A stretch of 64,000 bases of DNA from Myxococcota bacterium. GTDB lineage: Bacteria > Myxococcota_A > SURF-8. Positions within the stretch are counted from its first letter, which is position 1. Each line of letters begins with the position of its first letter. The notes beneath the pieces were generated by a model. The model was not told where the DNA came from, did no database searches, and saw only the letters and a list, made by a program, of their open reading frames with translations. Positions 57,728 through 64,000 of this stretch are shown piece by piece. The stretch covers positions 64,001 to 128,000 of the forward strand of contig CAXXQS010000001.1 of the NCBI GenBank assembly GCA_963674735.2, read 5' to 3'. The translations under genes were made by a program, and so were the position numbers.

Positions 57728-58282
57728 CTAGGAGCGCGGAACCGAATATTTAAGATGCAAACGGAAGCTCATCACCGGCATGCTGACATCCTTGGTTTTG
57801 CCCTGAGTGATGTTGACCAGTTTGATATCACTAAAGAAAGGCGATGCTTCAAGGTTTTTCATGAAGATGGCGATTTCTTTATTATCGGTGGCCATTCCGT
57901 TCATGTTCAACGTGTTGCCGGACTGGTTCAGGCTTTCCAGCCAGACTTTCTTGGGAATCACCGTGCTTAGCTCGTCGAGAATACGCACGGGACCTGTTTT
58001 ACCTTTGCGGAGCAGTTCGATGACATCAAGCTTCTTCTTCAGGCTGGTTTTCTTTTCCTGAATGGTGTTGATATCGCCGATCAGCTCTTCGAGTCGTTTC
58101 ATCTCTTTAGAGATTTCGGCTTCTTTCTGCTGGAGAATCGCGACTTTCTCCTGCTCGCCGCTGTGAATCGAATAGAGGAGCAGACCCAGAGCGACCAAGA
58201 TGATGACAAACAGCAGCAGTTGCTGTTGACCGGCGCCCCGTTTCTTTCTTTGCTTAGTCGGTAGAAGGTTGATTCGAATCAT
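57728..58282 (-). CDS. pilN: Type IVa pilus assembly protein
   Basis: MIRINLLP, TM, LDELS..IP..VWL, FMKNLEASPFF. Confidence 0.95.
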   Translation of the reverse strand: MIRINLLPTKQRKKRGAGQQQLLLFVIILVALGLLLYSIHSGEQEKVAILQQKEAEISKEMKRLEELIGDINTIQEKKTSLKKKLDVIELLRKGKTGPVRILDELSTVIPKKVWLESLNQSGNTLNMNGMATDNKEIAIFMKNLEASPFFSDIKLVNITQGKTKDVSMPVMSFRLHLKYSVPRS

Positions 58283-59337
58283 TACGCGTCAAACCTCCGC
58301 AGCCCGAGACCAACGGCCACCGAGGCCATCGGCGCGACGTTCCGAATGAAGTTCACATCAAAGATTTTCTCGTTGATGCGGATATTTCGGAACGGGTCCA
58401 TGAATTCAACCGGAATTCCGGTGCGACTTTCAAGTACCTTGTAAAGAGTCGATATTTTCGAGGTGCCGCCGCACAGGTAAATCTTGGAAATGTCGCTGTC
58501 CTGGTTGGTGGCCGAGAAGAATTCCAGCGAACGCCGGATCTCGGATGCCAGGTTTTCCGAAACCTCCTGGATCACGCGTTCGACCTCCTGGGGGATGACC
58601 GAATCGGCGTCTACGCCCGGCTCGCCGCCCAGCTTGAGATCTTCCGCTTCCTCATAGCTGAGATTCAACTGCTTTTGAATCTCTTCGGTAAACTGATTGC
58701 CGCCGATGGTGATGTCGCGGGTGAAGGTGGTGATACGATTGGCCACGATCACGATGTTGGTCACCGATGCGCCGATGTTGATCAGCGCAATGGTTTCTTC
58801 AGGCGGAAGCGAGTAGTTGATTTCAAAGGCGTTTTCAACCGCAAAGGCGTCGACATCGACCGTTACGGGAGTGAGACCGGCCTCACTGACGACCGCCACG
58901 TAGTCGTAGATCATATCCTTCTTACCCGCCACCAAAAGAACGTCCATTTGGCCCGGCTCGCTGCCGGTCGGGTTGAGGATCTGCACGTCGACGTTAACGT
59001 CGTTGATGTCAAAGGGAATGTACTGCTCGGCTTCCCATTGAAGCGAGTTTTCCAGTTCCGCCTTGGTCATCTGCGGGAGAGAGATCTTTTTAATGATGAC
59101 CGAGTGACCGGAAATGGACAGGGCACACTCCTTGGTCTTGATCATCTGGGATTGAATCAGCCTGCGAATCGCATCCACCACCGCACCCGAGTTCATCAGA
59201 GCCCGGTCGACGATGGTTTGCGGGGGAAGCGGAGCAATACCGAAGTTGACGAGTTCGTATCCCCTCTTACTCCGTTTCAGGCTGATGACCTTGACGGAGC
59301 TGGAACCGATATCCAATCCGATGAGTCCTTTGGCCAT
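58282..59337 (-). CDS. pilM: Type IVa pilus actin-like assembly protein
   Basis: IGLDIGSSSVK, EAEQYIPF, INIGASVT, IGGNQFT, LCGG, VAVGLGLR. Confidence 0.96.
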   Translation of the reverse strand: MAKGLIGLDIGSSSVKVISLKRSKRGYELVNFGIAPLPPQTIVDRALMNSGAVVDAIRRLIQSQMIKTKECALSISGHSVIIKKISLPQMTKAELENSLQWEAEQYIPFDINDVNVDVQILNPTGSEPGQMDVLLVAGKKDMIYDYVAVVSEAGLTPVTVDVDAFAVENAFEINYSLPPEETIALINIGASVTNIVIVANRITTFTRDITIGGNQFTEEIQKQLNLSYEEAEDLKLGGEPGVDADSVIPQEVERVIQEVSENLASEIRRSLEFFSATNQDSDISKIYLCGGTSKISTLYKVLESRTGIPVEFMDPFRNIRINEKIFDVNFIRNVAPMASVAVGLGLRRFDA

Positions 59338-59373
59338 TGCCTACCCTTTCTTATAGGTTCCCTCGGGCTTCCG

Positions 59374-59604
59374 TTAGATGCCGGTCGAAGCGGTTTTTGC
59401 TTGCGAAACCGGAGCATCTCCAAATACCAAATCCCGGTCGTCGAGTGCGAGCCCAAGCCCCAGGATGATCTTCCTCATCGTATCCACGCGGCACGATTTG
59501 CCGCTTTCCACACGGTCGATTGTCAAAACCGATAACCCTGATCGGCGAGCAAGCTCCGCTTTACTCATCAACATCTTCTCGCGGATGGCTTGAACATTAT
59601 TCAT
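59374..59604 (-). CDS. XRE-family HTH transcriptional regulator upstream of pilM
   Basis: IREKMLMSKAELARRSGLSVLTIDRVESG; GGAG RBS. Confidence 0.85.
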   Translation of the reverse strand: MNNVQAIREKMLMSKAELARRSGLSVLTIDRVESGKSCRVDTMRKIILGLGLALDDRDLVFGDAPVSQAKTASTGI

Positions 59605-59655
59605 AGTCCAACATCTCCATGGTTAAGCAATACGCTTTGGGATCTGTTGGGTGTA

Positions 59656-59723
59656 ATTTTAATATCATTAGGGCCAAATTGTCAAGAATTTTTTTTAGTT
59701 TAATATAAATTACATATAAATTA
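59656..59723 (-). promoter_or_regulatory. Promoter of the HTH-pilMNOPQ operon with upstream direct repeat
   Basis: Minus-strand TTGACA (59680-59685) N18 TAAAAT (59656-59661); ATATAAATTA twice at 59703-59712 and 59714-59723. Confidence 0.55.
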
Positions 59724-59886
59724 GGTCTAACTAACTATATCCATCCTCCATTAATATTTGGTACTGCAAAATATGAAAAGAGTGTCTATTGTACGCCTAC
59801 ACGGCTGCAACCACAAGTTTTTTCTTTTCTTTTTCGATTTCGTGCGCGTTGTAGGGCCGCGGGGCTTACTTTTGTGTCACTCGCAT

Positions 59887-62800
59887 TCATTCCCACACCC
59901 AACCGACAACGTCTTCAAAAATATAACCATTGCTGCTCAATTGCGACAACTCAAGGTCGCTGGTCGTATAGATATGATCGGTTAGGTCGGGATTGACCAT
60001 CTGGTAGAGCGGGGTGGATTCGGGGTCGCCGGATGTGAGCGCCAGGTAGCCGAGGATCGGACCCTGAATATAACCTAGAGCGAGATAATCGGAGATGGTT
60101 TGCGCATTGGCGCTGTAAACCGTGTCGGTCGTGGTGGTGTTCGTGAGTTCGACGAAGGCCGCCAGTCCGGGCTGGGCTTCGGTGTACAGAACAAGGGGTG
60201 CGGCGGCGGTGTCGAGGGTGAAACCGCTCGGCGGGCTGGGATCGGCACTCAAACGATGATCCAAGTCGAAGCCGGGGATGACTTCGCGCTCGAAGCGATA
60301 AACGTTTGTCCGGCAGATTTCATCGGTTTGGCCGTCGCAGTCGTTGTCCTGGCCGTCGCAGGTTTCGTCGTTGCCGCTGTAGGTGGGATGTTCGGGCTCG
60401 TTCACCGAGCAGATGTGGCCTCCTTCGGCGGTACACAGCCAGATGCCTTCGGCTGTGGCGCAAGCGCCGGTTCCGTTGCAGATTTCCGGTGGATTGACGC
60501 CGTACCCTTCGTCCACCGCGCCATCGCAGTTGTTGTCGGTTCCGTCGCAAAGCTCATGGCTTCCGTCGTAGGCGCTGCCGCCGATGTCGGTGGAGCAGCG
60601 GTCGTCGCCCATGCCGTCGCATTCGTAGACGCCGACGCCGCAAGCCCCCACGCCGTCACAGGCGGCTCCGAGGGGGAAGTCTTCGTCGGTGGAGCCGTCG
60701 CAGTCGTTGTCCAGGTCGTCGCATTGTTCGGGCGATCCTTCGTATTCGCTGCCGCCCTCCTCGGTGGAACAGCGTGTGGAAAACTCGTTGGCGCATTCAA
60801 GCATGCCGGTGCCGCAGACACCTTCACCCACACACAGGCCGCCGATGCCGAAGTTCTCGTCGGTGAAACCGTCGCAATCGTTGTCCAGACCGTCGCACAG
60901 CTCCTGGCGGGCGACGTGGGTGCTGCCGCCGGGATCGCTGGAACAGAGCCGGGCGACCAGCGACGCGCATTCCCATAAACCCGAGCCGCACTCGCCGGTT
61001 CCGGTACACGGCTCGTCGATTTGGAAATCTTCATCGATAGCACTATCGCAGTCGTTGTCGCTACCGTCGCAGAGCTCGGGACGGGATTGACTGTTGCTGC
61101 CGCCGATATCGGTGGAGCAGCGGCGAGAATTCAGCGAGGCGCATTCCCACAAGCCGATGCCGCAGTCCCCGACGCCGTCGCAGGGCTGGCCGATCTGCCA
61201 GTCTTCGTCGACGGAGCCGTCGCAGTCGTTGTCGTTGCCGTCGCAAACTTCCGGAGCGCCGTCATATTCGCTGCCGTCGGGCAGGGTGGAGCAGCGCACC
61301 GTTGTTTCCGAGGCGCATTCCCACACGCCGTCTCGACAAACGCCCTCGCCCGAACAAGTCAGCCCGAGGCCGAATGTTTCGTCCGTCAGACCATCGCAGT
61401 CGTTATCCAGATTGTCGCAAAGCTCATCCTGACTTTGATCCTGGCTGCCGCCACGGTCGGTCGAGCAGCGGGCCGCGAAGGCGTTGCGGCATTCGTACAC
61501 GCCGCTGCCGCATTCCCCGACGCCGTTACAGCTTTCACCGACCGAAAAATCTTCGTCGGTGAGTCCGTCGCAGTCTTCATCGAGGTTGTTGCAGGCTTCG
61601 GCGTTGGCCACATACTCGCTGCCGCCCGGGTTCGTGGAGCAGAGCAGTTCGCCGGGATCGGTGGAGTTGCATTCGGTCACGCCCACCGGGCATTGGCCCT
61701 CACCTTGGCAGAATTCACCGAGTATGAAGCCTTCGTCTACGGCGCAGTTGCAATTGTCGTCGAGGCCGTTGCAGATCTCGTCGTCGTTGGGATGGCCCGA
61801 GCAGGGCGTCTCGCAGTCGTTGGGATTGTCGTCGCAATTGTAAAAGCCGCTTGGACAGGCCTGTGCCTCGCCGCGCAGGGTGAAAACAAAGGGGCTGCGA
61901 TCGAGATCGTTGCTTTCGATGCGCAGGGTTTCTTCGAAGTCGTCCGCGCTACTTGGAACGAACGACACGAGGATGTCGTAGTGGTCGCCCGAACTGTCGA
62001 AGGGACGCAGAAGCGCGGGTAACGGCGTTTCCGGCAAAACGGCCAGAAAAGCGCTTGCGAATCCGGGGTCGGGGCTGATCGACGACAGCAGCAGGGGGCC
62101 TTCGCCGCTGTTTTTCACCGTTAGCACCACCGGTCCGCGGCTGCCGCCGATGAACGTGCTCTCGAATTCATAAGGGGTGGCGGGCGAGATGTCGAGCACC
62201 GGGTCGATACCCGTTCCCGTGAGCGACACTTCCACATGCCGCCATTCGGGGCGCGTATCGTTGCTGTCGAGATAGAACAATCCGTCGATTGTACCGGTGG
62301 AATCGGGTGTAAAGACGATATCCAGATCGAGGGAGCTGTTCCAGGGTAGCGGATCGGCGACGGCGGTCGGATCGACGCTGAATGACGAGGAACCCTGCGT
62401 GATACCGAGTTCTTCGAGAGTCAGAGCCGCGCGGCCGGTGTTGGTGACGGTCAGGGTGATGGTCTTGCTCGATCCGAGTTGGACGTCGCCGAAGGTCAGG
62501 GCGTCGGTTTCGCTGATTTCCAGTGTGGCGGCCGTGCCACGACCCGACAACCCGAGCTCGACGCTGCCGGCCGAGTTGTCCGATTCGATGATCAGGCGAT
62601 CGATGATCGAGCCTTCCTCTTCCGGCTCGAAGGCGAGGGTGAACTGGCGCTCCCCGCCGCCCCCCGCCAGTGTAAACGGAAACAATCCGGCTTCGTCCAC
62701 GATCCGATAAGGGCTGTCGGCCATGGCGAAATCAGCCTCAAGCACGTCCACCGGCCAGCCCCCGGCATTGCGCAGGGTGACATTCAACTCGGGCGATTCG

Positions 62801-64000
62801 CCCACCCCCACGTCGCCGAACTGCAGGACGGTCGGGCTGACGGTCAGGTTGGAGATGGCGCCTTCCCCGCGAATGGCGATATCGCGGTCGGGGAAAAACA
62901 GGTCGTTGCTGTTGACACGCAGTTGGGTGCTTTCGATGCCGAGTTGGGCGGTGGGAGCGTAGCGGATCATCAGTTCGAGGTAGTCGCCGACCGCCAACGT
63001 CTGTCCTTCGGCGGGCAGTGCGGGGGGATTCAGCAACGAGAAGGGACCGTCGGTTTCGTCCAGCATGAAGCCCGATATCGTGACCGGCGATTCGCCGCAG
63101 GCCTCCAACTGCACCGGCCGTAGGCTTTCCGTGCCCACTTTGACGGTGCCGAATTGAACGGGATCGGGATTGATGCAGAGTGTGCGCGCGGCACCGTAGC
63201 CGCTGAGTGCCACCGAAAGAGTCTGATCGGCTTCGTCCTGGCTGTCGCTCTGGATGGTCAGGGTGTCGGCGGTTTCACCCCAGCGTTGGGGCGAAAAGAT
63301 CACCGCCACAATCCGGCTTTGATTGGGAGCGATTGAAAAAGGCGGTTGAGGCGACGAAGGGGTCAAGCTGAAATCGCCGCCGGATGTTCCGACGATGTCC
63401 AGATCGTAGACGGTCAACAGGCGGTTGTCATCGCTGGAGCCGGGCCGGTTACGAATGACGATCTGCAGGGGGGCCGATTCCGCTCCCACTTCGGTGGTGT
63501 CGAATTCAAGGGCCGCCGGATCGGTTTCGATGTTGGCCACACCTTTATAATCGCTGTCGAGCAGGACTTCGGCCACACGCAGGGTGGGGTCGTTGGAATA
63601 GACCAGCAGGCTGGCCTGGTCGTCGCCACCATCGCTGGGCGAGTAGGTGATACGCACATCCTGCGACTCGCCGGGGCGGATGCGCAAGGTGTCGCCGGGG
63701 GTGAGATCGATCAGAAATTCCTCGGCGTGATCGACCACGTGCAGATCGTATACTTCCAGGATCAGATTACCTGCGTTGCCGATGGTGAGGGATCGCTCGG
63801 AGCTCTGGCCAAGGACCACCGCACCGAAACTCACCCGTTCGGGCAACTGGATCTCGGCGTGCGGGACACCGTCGCCATCCACCTCGCGGTCGATGGGGAA
63901 TTCGCAATCCGTATCTTCTTCGCGCTGCAGCCAGCAGGTGCTGAATTCGTCGCAACGTCGCAACTCGGCGCATTCCAGCAGGGGTCGTGTGATACAGGTT
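59887..64000 (-). CDS. Large surface protein: six ASH/choice-of-anchor-D domains, nine MopE-like CDGxDNDCDG repeats, DUF5648-like C-terminus; 5'-truncated by the window edge
   Basis: Frame open to the window end; repeated (L/V).FG.V..G and SND motifs; E.CD..DNDCDG..DE repeats; PLYQMVNP..DHIYTT..GYIFEDVVGWV. Confidence 0.85.
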   Translation of the reverse strand, partial: TCITRPLLECAELRRCDEFSTCWLQREEDTDCEFPIDREVDGDGVPHAEIQLPERVSFGAVVLGQSSERSLTIGNAGNLILEVYDLHVVDHAEEFLIDLTPGDTLRIRPGESQDVRITYSPSDGGDDQASLLVYSNDPTLRVAEVLLDSDYKGVANIETDPAALEFDTTEVGAESAPLQIVIRNRPGSSDDNRLLTVYDLDIVGTSGGDFSLTPSSPQPPFSIAPNQSRIVAVIFSPQRWGETADTLTIQSDSQDEADQTLSVALSGYGAARTLCINPDPVQFGTVKVGTESLRPVQLEACGESPVTISGFMLDETDGPFSLLNPPALPAEGQTLAVGDYLELMIRYAPTAQLGIESTQLRVNSNDLFFPDRDIAIRGEGAISNLTVSPTVLQFGDVGVGESPELNVTLRNAGGWPVDVLEADFAMADSPYRIVDEAGLFPFTLAGGGGERQFTLAFEPEEEGSIIDRLIIESDNSAGSVELGLSGRGTAATLEISETDALTFGDVQLGSSKTITLTVTNTGRAALTLEELGITQGSSSFSVDPTAVADPLPWNSSLDLDIVFTPDSTGTIDGLFYLDSNDTRPEWRHVEVSLTGTGIDPVLDISPATPYEFESTFIGGSRGPVVLTVKNSGEGPLLLSSISPDPGFASAFLAVLPETPLPALLRPFDSSGDHYDILVSFVPSSADDFEETLRIESNDLDRSPFVFTLRGEAQACPSGFYNCDDNPNDCETPCSGHPNDDEICNGLDDNCNCAVDEGFILGEFCQGEGQCPVGVTECNSTDPGELLCSTNPGGSEYVANAEACNNLDEDCDGLTDEDFSVGESCNGVGECGSGVYECRNAFAARCSTDRGGSQDQSQDELCDNLDNDCDGLTDETFGLGLTCSGEGVCRDGVWECASETTVRCSTLPDGSEYDGAPEVCDGNDNDCDGSVDEDWQIGQPCDGVGDCGIGLWECASLNSRRCSTDIGGSNSQSRPELCDGSDNDCDSAIDEDFQIDEPCTGTGECGSGLWECASLVARLCSSDPGGSTHVARQELCDGLDNDCDGFTDENFGIGGLCVGEGVCGTGMLECANEFSTRCSTEEGGSEYEGSPEQCDDLDNDCDGSTDEDFPLGAACDGVGACGVGVYECDGMGDDRCSTDIGGSAYDGSHELCDGTDNNCDGAVDEGYGVNPPEICNGTGACATAEGIWLCTAEGGHICSVNEPEHPTYSGNDETCDGQDNDCDGQTDEICRTNVYRFEREVIPGFDLDHRLSADPSPPSGFTLDTAAAPLVLYTEAQPGLAAFVELTNTTTTDTVYSANAQTISDYLALGYIQGPILGYLALTSGDPESTPLYQMVNPDLTDHIYTTSDLELSQLSSNGYIFEDVVGWVWE

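Overview
A 64-kb, GC-rich chromosomal window from a delta-proteobacterial / Myxococcota-like bacterium (lineage inferred from gene content). The right third is a conserved core block on the minus strand: XRE-HTH, pilMNOPQ, a Cys-rich lipoprotein, a short TPR-motif protein, an MglC-like roadblock protein, aroQ, Xaa-Pro peptidase, efp, an SgmX-like giant TPR protein and an ExeA-like ATPase. Beside it lie pdxST, deaD and a solo IS200-type tnpA element. The left two thirds mix housekeeping genes (mscS, xfp, tesB, kce, phaR-like, a 7TM-DISM kinase, a radical SAM enzyme) with many secreted or lipoprotein genes. At least eleven unrelated secreted proteins carry the same acidic Asp-Gly-Asp (DGD) linker, mostly right behind the lipobox; two tandem paralogues differ essentially only in its copy number. 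Other points of note are a ZU5-like lipoprotein with an HFS autoproteolysis-type motif, a 285-bp tandem duplication built from nested REP-like palindromes, and a TIGR02147-type gene coupled to an Ig-repeat lipoprotein. Several homopolymer indels (xfp, the CSLREA gene, the PEGA gene) look like long-read errors. No rRNA, tRNA or CRISPR array was seen. All family assignments come from motif recognition by eye, not database searches.
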